A stretch of 63,053 bases of DNA, filler included. It is 3 parts of 3 records of this genome, joined end to end, with 100 filler letters (N's around TTAATTAATTAA, not from the genome) between each part and the next. Parts side by side here need not be neighbours in the genome. Positions count along the whole stretch, not along the records: positions 1 to 26,296 come from SRR31156797_4799; 2 more parts are not named here. The stretch is one strand, 5' to 3'. The first letter of the stretch is position 1; each line of letters starts with the position of its first letter. Shown here piece after piece: positions 1-9,073 of the stretch. The translations under genes were made by a program, and so were the position numbers. Under the pieces are notes generated by a model. That model saw nothing but the letters and a program-made list of their open reading frames with translations. It made no database searches and had not been told where the DNA came from.

Positions 1-70
1 GGTAGACGCAAGGGACTTAAAATCCCTCGGTCGTATGACTGTGCGAGTTCGATTCTCGCTCCGGGCACCA
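1..70 (+). tRNA. tRNA-Leu(TAA), 5' end cut by window edge
   Basis: D-loop GGTAGAC, anticodon arm AGGGA-CTTAAAA-TCCCT, long variable arm, T-loop GTTCGATTC, encoded CCA at 68-70. Confidence 0.95.
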
Positions 71-79
71 CGTATTTTC

Positions 80-109
80 AAGGGGTTAGCGATTGCTAAC
101 CCCTTTTTT
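80..109 (+). terminator. Rho-independent terminator after tRNA-Leu
   Basis: AAGGGGTTAGC-gatt-GCTAACCCCTT hairpin followed by a T run. Confidence 0.85.
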
Positions 110-252
110 ATTGATCGTTTTTAAAAATGAAATTTAACACATTATTTTCCAGCGGCTTTCACAGCCTCACTATTTATCCTCTTTTTCCCTTTAAAATAAA
201 GCCTCCCCCTGGCCTTCCTTTGTCAAAAAAACAGGCTCGCAGGTTTTTAAAC

Positions 253-289
253 AAAAAAAAAGCCCACAGTGTTGGTCGTCACCGTGGGC
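253..289 (-). terminator. Rho-independent terminator of the minus-strand phage-like cassette
   Basis: On the minus strand, GCCCACGGTG-N8-CACTGTGGGC followed by T9. Confidence 0.75.
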
Positions 290-414
290 CTCCAGCATAT
301 GATTATTTTGTCGTCATCGATTTATACCATGCACCATCCTCCTTAAAAGTAAGAGTAAGTGGCACCAACCTGTTCGGTGCCGTCAAGTTGTCCGGTTTTT
401 CCGGACAAGTAAAA

Positions 415-614
415 TTACCCCGGTTTCATATCCTGGGCTGCACGAAGGAAGCACTCTTTTGCTTCCAGGAGTTTGCGCAGGCCTGCCTCTTTTTCCGTTC
501 CGCCTGGCAAGGTCTTGTCCATTGTTCTTGCCAGGTCGTATAGTTGTTTACTTACGTTTTCGCAGATTCCGGCAGGTGCTTATAGCCCAAATATTTTATA
601 ATTAGCGACCACAT
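415..614 (-). pseudogene. Small phage-type helical protein (~66 aa) with a one-base frameshift; missing from the ORF track
   Basis: ATG at 614, just after the hydrolase stop; reads MWSLIIKYLGYKHLPE, then in a shifted frame NVSKQLYDLARTMDKTLPGGTEKEAGLRKLLEAKECFLRAAQDMKPG*; 200 nt span is one base short; HLP...VSK...LP...EK.AGLRKLLEAK pattern of a small phage protein family. Confidence 0.7.
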
Positions 615-616
615 AA

Positions 617-1006
617 TCAGCTCCGGTAAAAGAGGTGTTTGCCGATATGGTCGACAAACACCAAATCGTGCGACCAGGAAGGGAAAGGGTGCATATAATC
701 GCCGTGGTAGTAATCTGCCCAGGCCATGACATCACCAGCTTTATGCTCCTGAATCGCTTTTTTTACTTGGATCCTGCACCTTCGATATTCTTTTGTATCG
801 TTGAGGAGCAGATCAGCCTGTCGCTTTTTTTGACTGGCAGTCCATTCGAACTGGTACGGCGCGTTGATCACCTCCTGGATGGTCTGCTTACGTCGCTTGC
901 CCCTGCTTAAAACGACTTTAACGACCACCTTAATCCCTTGGTTTGGTTCTCCCCTAGCTTCATGGTATGCATTGAGGGTGAGGTGGTAGAGCTCGGCATT
1001 TGTCAT
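617..1006 (-). CDS. Cell wall hydrolase, SleB/Hydrolase_2 family (phage-type)
   Basis: LNAYHEARGEP catalytic motif, QFEW, YYH, IGKHLFYR C-terminus. Confidence 0.88.
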   Translation of the reverse strand: MTNAELYHLTLNAYHEARGEPNQGIKVVVKVVLSRGKRRKQTIQEVINAPYQFEWTASQKKRQADLLLNDTKEYRRCRIQVKKAIQEHKAGDVMAWADYYHGDYMHPFPSWSHDLVFVDHIGKHLFYRS

Positions 1007-1184
1007 CCGGTCACCACGATTGCATTGTGGGGGCAGCGGGCCTGCAACTTGTCGAACAGCTGGTTGTTTTTAAGGTTACCTGCCCAGCCATCCAGGGAAA
1101 GCCTGATACAGCCGTCCCGCTCCACAGCATCAAGGACATGATGATTGGCATTAGGGCAGAGCATCCTGCCCGGGCACTTGGTTT
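1003..1184 (-). pseudogene. 5'-truncated, frameshifted ferredoxin-like ORF (copy 1)
   Basis: TKCPGRMLCPNA...LQARCP aligns with copy 2 at 5127-5330; start region replaced by an inverted segment. Confidence 0.55.
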
Positions 1185-1220
1185 TTCAATTGATTTTCCA
1201 CCAGTAGGAGGTCCGTGACA

Positions 1221-1688
1221 ATGTTATTTTATCCAGGTCACTTCCGCCTCATCATCCATCACAGCCTGCGGCCGCTCAATCTATGGTCACCTGAGGCAGA
1301 ATAATTGCTCATGGGGACCTGTGCGGTAGAATCTAATTTTGGTACCTACCTCAGGCAAAACAGATCAGGCCCAGCAAAGGGTCCCATCCAGGTAGAACCT
1401 TCTACTGAGGTGGATGTTTGGGAGAATCATCTGAAGTATCGGCCTGACCGGGTTACAGATATTGCCCAAGTCTGCGGCGTATCTGGCCCTGACCCTTGGG
1501 CACTTGAATCTAACCTGGCATATAATGTGATAATTGCTAGTTCAAAATACCTAATGTCACCAGGTGCGTTACCTGATATGCACAACATTGACGATCAGGC
1601 AAAGTATTGGGATACATATTACAATGCCAACCCAAAAGCAGGGTGGTCGCAGGAGTATCGGCAGAAATATTTGATGTATTGCCTATAG
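1221..1688 (+). pseudogene. Phage lysozyme/transglycosylase-like protein with internal TAA at 1302-1304
   Basis: AGGAGG then ATG at 1221, in frame with ORF 1305-1688: ...LNLWSPEAE*LLMGTCAVESNFGTYLRQ...GPAKGPIQVEPST...YWDTYYN. Confidence 0.7.
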
Positions 1689-1783
1689 GGTTAAATACTA
1701 GATTGGGAAATATTCGGTGGTGAAGACAACACTTGCAGACAAGCCCCACAGGAGATAGCTTGACCTTTAATTTATGGTTAGCC

Positions 1784-4249
1784 TTAAATCGTTATAGCGT
1801 AGAGAGCATCTTTTACTGCTTTTCCGAGTTCATCTATCGAATATGGTTTTTTTAAGAAGCCCGATGCACCCAATGCTAATGCAGCCCTGACATCATTGCT
1901 TTCCGAAAAGCCGCTGGCAATAAGTGCCTTTTGGCTGGGATAGAATTTTATTATTTCAGCATAGGTTTGATAACCGTTTAATCCCGGATCCATCAACATA
2001 TCGAGCATAATAAGATCAACGGGAGTTTGCTTTACAAAGGCGATCGCATCTTCTCCGGAATTGACTGTGCTCACCACGTAGCCATGATATTCAAGCATCT
2101 TGCGAGCAATATCACGTGGCATTTCTTCATCATCTACAATAAGAACTCTTCTTCCGTAACCAGCAAGATCTTCCTTCTCCTCCCCCCCTATTGTTTCCTT
2201 GGTTTTGCTTACCGGGAAATAAAGAGTAAAGCTGACCCCTTCATCACTGTTTTCAGCAAAAATTATACCTTTATGATCTTCCACAGTATTCCAAACGACA
2301 GTTAATCCGAGACCAGTTCCACTTCTCCCTAACGTCTTTTTTGAAAAAAATGGTTCAAAAATATGCTCCAGGTCCTCAGGAGAGACGCCTTGACCTGTAT
2401 CCTGAACGTTTAGCATCAGATAGTCTCCGACAGTAAGACGCTGTTGGTGGATTTCCTTCTGTTCTTTAATGGTAATATTAGAGGTGGATACGAGAACTTT
2501 ACCGGTGTCATTAATAGATTCGGCAGCATTGTTTACTAGGTTCATAATGCATTTCTTGATATGAACAGATGAACACAAAAGGGAGGCCCGTCTAGCATCA
2601 AGTTTATGCTGGATAGTAACCTTTGGATACAAGGTGTTGATTTTTTGGTATTCTGGTGAATTGAAGTATTCCAGCACCATGCTGTTAAGATTGTGAACAA
2701 CCTTGACGCTGGCCACCCCTCGAGCAACAGTAAGCAGATCGGCAACAATTGCTGCCGATCTTTCACCGGCTTCCTGTATAGCAAGGAGGGGCTTCCGAAG
2801 TTCACTGTCTTTGGTTAACCGACGCAGCATTAACTCTGGGTACCCTGTGATACCGGAAAGAATGTTGTTTAGGTCGTGGGCTACGCCTCCTGCCATTAAA
2901 CCAATGGATTCTAGTCGCTTGGACTGGTTTAATTGCTTTTCGAGAGCAATTTTATCATCTTCAGCATGTAATTTATCGGTGATATCCTCGCATATAATCA
3001 GGAGATACTCTGGATCGTTTTCTATACCTAATAGAGGGATCTTTCTGATTTGAAGTGTTCTTTTTCCTTTGCTTTTCGTGTCTACTGTTTCTTTTTGGAG
3101 AGTAATTGCCTTACCGCTTGCCAATACGGCCCGATCCGATTTAACAAAGCAATCTGCTTGTTTTTCAGCAAAAATGTCGTAGTCGTTTTTTCCTATCAAC
3201 TCGTTTACAGGATATCCGGCAAATGATTCTCCAGCTTTGTTCAGGTGTTTGAAACTCAGGTCATCAGCCTTTTTCACAAAAAGAATACTTGGTATATTTT
3301 CCAAAATGGCTTTAAGAAGGATCTCTTTATTTTCGAGTATTCTCTGGGCCTTTTCAGAATTTTGTCGTGCGGTATTTATTTTCAACTGTTTTTGTATCAG
3401 ACTATTAAGCCATATGAATATTCCTCCACCGAAAAGCAATGAGACCGTCACCCCTGCAAAGCGTATCCAAATAAGGTAAGGCGAATCCAGGGACCATCCG
3501 CCTTTTGGCACGGCAGTCAACTGCCAACTGCCAGCCGGAAGGCGAACATCCATAGCAATAGGGTCTTCGGTGATAACATGTATGCTCCCCGATATAAGTT
3601 CACCATCCTTTCCCAGGCCGTCTTTACCTCTAATAGTTAGTTCAATCTTATCTGTATACTGGTGAAGGCTCGCAGCTTTAAAAAGTTTCTTATCATCAAT
3701 GACGATGCTTGCTAGTCCCCAATAGGTTGTATTTTCCCCGGGGACATTTGGTTGGATATAGATCGGCGTTCTACTAATAAATGCAGTGCCACCCTGGACG
3801 AGGTTTACTGGCCCGGCAACGACAGTTTGCTTCATGTCAAGAACTCTTTTCACCGAAGGCCATTGAGCCTTGTTCTCTCTGTAGTTTAGTCCAAGGGCAT
3901 TACTGTTTCCCACAAGAGGGTAAACAAAGGTCAATATGTTATCTGGAGCAAGGCCTATGTTACGGATAGAACTGCGCTGTCTAAGTAGTTTGCTTGCTAT
4001 GCGACGAAAAGTGTCGTGTTTGAGATCAGGATGAGATTCAACGAAGGCAATTAAACCTCGAGTGAGATAAAAATCAGCATTGATTTCAGCTTCAATATTT
4101 GCACGAATTTGACTTAGATGGCGTGTGGTGTCGGACCGTTGAGCTTCTATGAATCTTTGTTTTTCTAAATATTCAACAGTAAAAACCAAGAAAATTAGAA
4201 CAAGCGAAGAGGCAAGCCCGGCTACAGCTGGCTTTAGAGTGTGTTTCAT
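1784..4249 (-). CDS. Hybrid sensor histidine kinase (TM-CHASE-TM-PAS-HisKA-HATPase-REC)
   Basis: CHASE motif VVAGPVNLVQGG, H-box GGVAHDLNNIL, G2 box SGTGLGL, receiver IVDDE...LDMLM...KPY. Confidence 0.93.
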   Translation of the reverse strand: MKHTLKPAVAGLASSLVLIFLVFTVEYLEKQRFIEAQRSDTTRHLSQIRANIEAEINADFYLTRGLIAFVESHPDLKHDTFRRIASKLLRQRSSIRNIGLAPDNILTFVYPLVGNSNALGLNYRENKAQWPSVKRVLDMKQTVVAGPVNLVQGGTAFISRTPIYIQPNVPGENTTYWGLASIVIDDKKLFKAASLHQYTDKIELTIRGKDGLGKDGELISGSIHVITEDPIAMDVRLPAGSWQLTAVPKGGWSLDSPYLIWIRFAGVTVSLLFGGGIFIWLNSLIQKQLKINTARQNSEKAQRILENKEILLKAILENIPSILFVKKADDLSFKHLNKAGESFAGYPVNELIGKNDYDIFAEKQADCFVKSDRAVLASGKAITLQKETVDTKSKGKRTLQIRKIPLLGIENDPEYLLIICEDITDKLHAEDDKIALEKQLNQSKRLESIGLMAGGVAHDLNNILSGITGYPELMLRRLTKDSELRKPLLAIQEAGERSAAIVADLLTVARGVASVKVVHNLNSMVLEYFNSPEYQKINTLYPKVTIQHKLDARRASLLCSSVHIKKCIMNLVNNAAESINDTGKVLVSTSNITIKEQKEIHQQRLTVGDYLMLNVQDTGQGVSPEDLEHIFEPFFSKKTLGRSGTGLGLTVVWNTVEDHKGIIFAENSDEGVSFTLYFPVSKTKETIGGEEKEDLAGYGRRVLIVDDEEMPRDIARKMLEYHGYVVSTVNSGEDAIAFVKQTPVDLIMLDMLMDPGLNGYQTYAEIIKFYPSQKALIASGFSESNDVRAALALGASGFLKKPYSIDELGKAVKDALYAITI

Positions 4250-4329
4250 CTTTTAATTTATTCAGAAATAATAAGGTGTTAAGCAAGATAAAGTGCACTA
4301 TACAGCAACATGGGTTTTTTACAAATATT

Positions 4330-4350
4330 TGGCGGACTTCTGGTGGACTT
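4330..4350. repeat. Tandem 10-bp repeat, candidate integrase arm-type sites
   Basis: TGGCGGACTT-c-TGGTGGACTT about 280 bp inside the att-like tRNA duplication. Confidence 0.35.
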
Positions 4351-4630
4351 TTTTAACTAGTTTAAACGGATTTATCGAGTCCAAGCAGGGTAAAACTGGA
4401 GAAAATAGGCCTAAAAGATGAAGGTGCAGCCTATTCACCGGCCTCTCACGCCGCTCCCACACCCGACAGGACACATGAAAAAGCCCTTGTGCGTGCTGCC
4501 CAGGATATAAAACAAGGCTGAAGAAAGACCGGCGCACTCGACTACACCGCCTTCTACCATTTCTACTGTAGCACAACGAATCATATAATTTATATCGTAA
4601 ATTCAGTATTACAATACCAAGCATCGCAAA

Positions 4631-4685
4631 ACTTAAAATCCCTCGGTCGCATGACTGTGCAAGTTCGATTCTCGCTCCGGGCACC
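4631..4685 (+). repeat. Duplicated tRNA-Leu 3' part (att-like site)
   Basis: 55 bp matching 15-69 with 2 mismatches; begins at the anticodon loop; no 5' half, no CCA. Confidence 0.92.
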
Positions 4686-4696
4686 TCGTAATTTCA

Positions 4697-4731
4697 AGGG
4701 CCTGTCCCAAAAGTTGGGTCAGGCTCTTTTT
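4697..4731 (+). terminator. Terminator-like hairpin after the tRNA fragment
   Basis: AGGGCCTGTCCCAA-aag-TTGGGTCAGGCTCT then a T run. Confidence 0.65.
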
Positions 4732-4750
4732 ATTTCTTTGAACCACATGA

Positions 4751-5130
4751 TCAGCTCCGATAAAAGAGGTGTTTGCCGATATTGTTGACAAATACTCAGT
4801 TATGCGCTCATGAGGGGAAAGGTGCATATAGTCGCCGTGGCAGTGATCGGCCCAGGCCATTGTTTCAGCAGCTTCATGCTCTTCGATTGCTCTTTTTACT
4901 TGGAGCCTGCACCTTTTGTATTATTTTGTGTCGTTGAGGAGCGGGTTAGGGTGTTCCCTTACGATCAATTCGAACTGGTACGGCGCGCATATCATCTTCT
5001 GGATGCTCTACTTACGTTGCCAGGCTCTGTTTAACACCATTTTCACGACCGCCTTTATCCCTTCGTTTGGCTTCCCTCCGGCTTCATAGTATGCATTGAG
5101 AGTGAAGTGATAGAGTTCCGCGTTTGTCAG
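4751..5130 (-). pseudogene. Second, decayed copy of the SleB-like hydrolase
   Basis: Colinear DNA similarity to 617-1006; start ATG changed to CTG; 380 vs 390 nt; frameshifts. Confidence 0.85.
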
Positions 5131-5330
5131 CCGTTCACCACGATTGCATTATTAAGGCAACGGGCTTGCAACTAGTCAAACAGCTGGTAGTTTTCAAGGT
5201 TACCTGCCAATCCATCCTGGGCCAGCCTGATGCAGCCGTCCAGTTCCACAGCATACATAATGTGGTGAATGGCATTACAACAGAGCAACCTCCCAGGGCA
5301 CTTGGTTTGGTCGACTGTCAATCTGCGCAT
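5127..5330 (-). pseudogene. Ferredoxin-like small protein (67 codons) with internal TAG at 5172-5174 (copy 2)
   Basis: AGGAGG plus ATG at 5330: MRRLTVDQTKCPGRLLC...LFD*LQARCLNNAIVVNG; VD..KC.G..LC...C..NAI pattern of single-cluster ferredoxins. Confidence 0.6.
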
Positions 5331-5390
5331 TACGGTCCTCCTACTGGTGAAAAATCAATTGAAAACCCAACCATATAAAATCTAATTTCA

Positions 5391-7910
5391 TCAACTTAAC
5401 GCTTCTTTCACAGCCCTGCCGAGTTGACTGATTGAGTAGGGTTTTTTGATAAAACCTCCGGCACCGAGACGAAGGGCAGCCTTTACGTCTTCGCTTACAG
5501 AAAAACCACTGGCAATGATTGCCTTTTGCTCGGGATACAACTTGATGATTTCTTCATATGTTAGGTGGCCGTTCATACCTGGCTCCATCAACATGTCGAT
5601 GACGAGTAAATCAACCGGAGTCTCCTTGATGAATTCAATGGCGGATTCCCCTGATGATACGGTATCTACGTTATAGCCCAGGGACTCAAGTATCTGACGA
5701 GCAATATCCCGCAGGTTTGGCTCGTCGTCAATAACGAGAATCTTTTCTCCGGCACCGGTATAGGAGACGCTAGAACCTGAAGCGATATCCGGCAGAGCAC
5801 TCTTTTTACTGACCGGGAAAAAAAGTTGAAAACTTGTCCCCTCTTCATTGCTTTCGACGAAAATATTACCGCCATGATCCTTGACCGTATTCCAGACCAC
5901 AGTCAGGCCGAGTCCAGTGCCACTTCTCCCCATCACTTTCTTGGTATAAAAAGGTTCGAAAATGTGTTCCAGGTCCTCTGCCGATATGCCTGAACCCGTG
6001 TCCTGAACGCTGAGGACCACGTAATTTCCTGCCACCATGTCAGGTATCTCGATTTCATCAACATATATGTTACGACTGCTGATAGTGACAGTTCCCATTC
6101 CCTCAATGACTTCTGCAGCATTAGTTACCAGGTTCATGAGACATTTTTTGATATGCACCTGAGAGCAAAAAATGTTCGATTGAAGGGCCTCCAGTCTGTG
6201 ATGATAGCTGACTTGCGGGTGGACGGCTTTGAGTTTATCAAACTCGGGAGAGTTGAGGTATTCAGTGATGAGGTTGTTCAGATCTTTGACTTCCCTAGCA
6301 CTGGCAGCGTCTCTGGAGATAGTAAGGAGGTCCGCCACGACGGTTGCAGCTCGTTCGCCTGAATCCTTAATCGCTTTGAGATGTTTCTGTAGTGGACTGT
6401 CCACGGGCAATTTCATCAGGATCAGCTCGGGGTAACTCACAATGCCGGAGAGTATATTATTCAAATCATGCGCCACTCCACCGGCCATAAGACCTATGGC
6501 CTCCATCTTCTGGAATTGCTGCAACTGTGACTCCAGCCTCGATTTTGTTTCCTCAGCCTGCTTTCTATCTGTGATATCGCGATAAACGCTAAACAGGGCA
6601 TCATTCTGCTTATAAGGCACTCTCGTCAATGAGACTTCAACGGGAAATATTTCATTCTCTTTGCGCTTGTAATACCACTCAAAACGATGGTATCCATTCT
6701 TGTAAGCCACAGCCATCATCTCGTTGGCTTTTTCGGAAGAAACTCGTCCATCCGGTTGTTTTTCAGGTGAATGTGCTGATGGATGAGTGTTTATCAACTC
6801 TTCCTGGGAAATGTAGCCTAGAGATTTGACAGCAGCTCGGTTGGCCATGACAAACCGGTTGTTTTCAATCAGCAGCATGGGCTCTTCCGATTTTTCGAAC
6901 AGCAGCCGATATTTTTCCTCACTCTCCTGCAATTCGGCAGTACGCTCCCTTACCTTACCCTCAAGTTCCTGCTTGGCTGTCTTTAATAAAGCTTCGGTCT
7001 TCTTCTGGTGCATAATGATAAACAGAAAAGAAATGACGACCAGGAAAATCATGATCACAAAACAAGCCGTTATGATGATTGTGCGGTGAGTTACCGACCT
7101 AAAAACATACATTTTGTCGGCTGAAAACAGAATGGCGAAGCGTTTGTTAAATATTTTAATAGGGTAGTAAGCGGTAAGCAGGTCAGAACGCTCTCCATTG
7201 GACAGGGAATGCTCAAGGGTGCCTTCAAAATTATCTGTAACGGCTTTACTGATTGCAGCAAGCCCGGATGCCTTCAGGTTCTCTCTGTCAACAGGTTCTT
7301 CAGAATAGACTGCTGTGACAATCTCACCCTTTTCGTCTATGAGCCAGTACCAGGAGTTGCTCATGGTGTAGTATTTTTTCAGTTCAGCACGGGCCAGAAG
7401 TGGGATGTTGAGCATAATTTCCACCTTGGCGAAAACCTCACTATTTTGGATTATCTCCTTTTCATATACAGTTGCAAAATCATCCTGCTGACCATGTCGC
7501 TTGAGAAAGAGATCCTGCCCTTCCTGAACATTACGTCGAGGAGAGACTTCAAAATAATTATGGTTACGCTGCTGCATAATCCTGTATTCCTGATCATTAT
7601 ATATTTTAATATAGCTGATCAGGTTATTATGCTTTGAATAAAAACGCTTTATATGTACCAGGAGAGCGTTGTCAATTTCACCCTTATTGAGCAGTGACTG
7701 GAGCGAATTTGTAGAAATTAAATAGGTAAGGTCTTCCTGAAAGTCAGCGGCGATCTTTTCAATGGCCAGACCGCTGGTGGTTGCATTTTTCCGCAGTAAA
7801 TCAAAAGAGCTGTTTTTTACATCAACCAGGATGGCGTAGTAGTTGTATATGATGGGGACCAGGAGAATTATTATACAAAACAGGCTGATTTTTAAAGCGT
7901 TCTTATTCAT
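5391..7910 (-). CDS. Hybrid sensor histidine kinase (periplasmic sensor-PAS-HisKA-HATPase-REC)
   Basis: Two TM segments, PAS (SPEKQPDG), GGVAHDLNNIL, SGTGLGL, receiver IDDE...DMLM; ATG at 7910 preferred over TTG at 7916. Confidence 0.93.
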   Translation of the reverse strand: MNKNALKISLFCIIILLVPIIYNYYAILVDVKNSSFDLLRKNATTSGLAIEKIAADFQEDLTYLISTNSLQSLLNKGEIDNALLVHIKRFYSKHNNLISYIKIYNDQEYRIMQQRNHNYFEVSPRRNVQEGQDLFLKRHGQQDDFATVYEKEIIQNSEVFAKVEIMLNIPLLARAELKKYYTMSNSWYWLIDEKGEIVTAVYSEEPVDRENLKASGLAAISKAVTDNFEGTLEHSLSNGERSDLLTAYYPIKIFNKRFAILFSADKMYVFRSVTHRTIIITACFVIMIFLVVISFLFIIMHQKKTEALLKTAKQELEGKVRERTAELQESEEKYRLLFEKSEEPMLLIENNRFVMANRAAVKSLGYISQEELINTHPSAHSPEKQPDGRVSSEKANEMMAVAYKNGYHRFEWYYKRKENEIFPVEVSLTRVPYKQNDALFSVYRDITDRKQAEETKSRLESQLQQFQKMEAIGLMAGGVAHDLNNILSGIVSYPELILMKLPVDSPLQKHLKAIKDSGERAATVVADLLTISRDAASAREVKDLNNLITEYLNSPEFDKLKAVHPQVSYHHRLEALQSNIFCSQVHIKKCLMNLVTNAAEVIEGMGTVTISSRNIYVDEIEIPDMVAGNYVVLSVQDTGSGISAEDLEHIFEPFYTKKVMGRSGTGLGLTVVWNTVKDHGGNIFVESNEEGTSFQLFFPVSKKSALPDIASGSSVSYTGAGEKILVIDDEPNLRDIARQILESLGYNVDTVSSGESAIEFIKETPVDLLVIDMLMEPGMNGHLTYEEIIKLYPEQKAIIASGFSVSEDVKAALRLGAGGFIKKPYSISQLGRAVKEALS

Positions 7911-8004
7911 GTCCAACTGTGGCGTGTAATTCGAAAAGGGGTGAGGTAACGATTTCTTTTGGGTTATAAATATTCCCCCTGCTATTATTCCGATCCAAGG
8001 TTCG

Positions 8005-9027
8005 TTATTTTTTGATTACCAACAGGATGTACCAGTCAAGCTCCGGAATTTTTTCAGAGAGGATGGTCAGTTCTTGCTTATCCTTGACAAACACAATCTC
8101 CTGTTTGCCCTCATGATAGATTGCTGATACCGCTTCCCGAACGCTTCTGGATTTACTATTGAGAAGGTTGAAATTATCGGTCCTGTACGTATCCTGTTTA
8201 ATTGTTTCCAGATAGGCATGATTTTCCAGTTTAGGCAGGGAAAGCAGTCCGGTTAAGGACTCGTTGATGGAGACGATCACTCCATTTGCATCCAGAATAA
8301 TGAATGGGTTATTAAGTTTATCGATATAGCGATCCGTGATGGTGGATATGGTCACATCCAGGCCGGGAACTCCTTCAAGCCTTTCATCTACATAAACAGG
8401 GGCTATGGTAGAAACCATCCAACCTCTTCCAGCGGGATCAACATAGGGTTCCTTCACCCATACAGCTTTCTTCTCGGGGTTGTGCTTCTTAGATGCAAGA
8501 TAATAGAAATTAAACTCAGGTATGTTCATTTTCGGCTCATACTGAGCAAGTACATCAAAGTAGGGATAAATCCTGTTATAGGAAAACCTGTCGTTATAAT
8601 AGGCCTGCACGACTTCGGGGTAATGGCTGACTATTTGTTTCAACTCACTGTCCAGTGGCTCAGTAAAAAAGACGATTTCCTTTATAGTATTATCGACCGG
8701 AATGTGACCTGAGACAAAAACCGCAGAGTTTCCATCATCCAATGGTTTGTAAAAGACGCCGTTTTCGGAAGTTTTGTACTTCGACCTGTCAACCGTGGCA
8801 AGTACCCTTTCTTGACTCTCCTTTTCATACAGGCTTCCAGTGAAACGCGCCAGCCTGGCCGCTTCCTTTCGAATAAGGGTAAAGTCGTTGTTAATGCTGG
8901 AAGCGGTCTTTTTTAATTTTTCAGAAAGCTCCGTTTTGTTGATTTTATTTTGAGAACAGCCTGAAAAAATAACAATGAGCATACTTCCAATGACAAACAG
9001 AGCAGAAATTTTACTGAAACGAATCAT
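8005..9027 (-). CDS. Stand-alone Cache-like sensor lipoprotein
   Basis: Signal peptide with lipobox FSGC; WVKEPYVDPAGRGWMVS..APVY Cache-type motif; no cytoplasmic domain. Confidence 0.75.
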   Translation of the reverse strand: MIRFSKISALFVIGSMLIVIFSGCSQNKINKTELSEKLKKTASSINNDFTLIRKEAARLARFTGSLYEKESQERVLATVDRSKYKTSENGVFYKPLDDGNSAVFVSGHIPVDNTIKEIVFFTEPLDSELKQIVSHYPEVVQAYYNDRFSYNRIYPYFDVLAQYEPKMNIPEFNFYYLASKKHNPEKKAVWVKEPYVDPAGRGWMVSTIAPVYVDERLEGVPGLDVTISTITDRYIDKLNNPFIILDANGVIVSINESLTGLLSLPKLENHAYLETIKQDTYRTDNFNLLNSKSRSVREAVSAIYHEGKQEIVFVKDKQELTILSEKIPELDWYILLVIKK

Positions 9028-9073
9028 AGCTTTTCCTGTATACGTTAGAGTCTACACTGTATTAGTGGGTGCA

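Larger units (their letters stand above)
15..4685. mobile_element. Degenerate tRNA-Leu-integrated island/prophage relic (unit 1)
   Basis: Bounded by direct repeats of the tRNA 3' end; contains phage-type genes; no integrase seen. Confidence 0.75.

Noticed and set aside
418-535. Hairpins suggesting a riboswitch or large ncRNA
   Set aside because: They lie inside the frameshifted small phage gene and match no riboswitch consensus I recognise.
127-543. 138-aa plus-strand ORF
   Set aside because: No motif; antisense to the small phage gene and crosses a minus-strand terminator.
4631-4685. Second functional tRNA-Leu
   Set aside because: Lacks the 5' acceptor strand, D-arm, 5' anticodon stem and CCA; it is an att-like fragment.
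4319-4860. ORFs 4319-4684 and 4633-4860
   Set aside because: Antisense read-through of the tRNA fragment and shifted frames of the hydrolase pseudogene.
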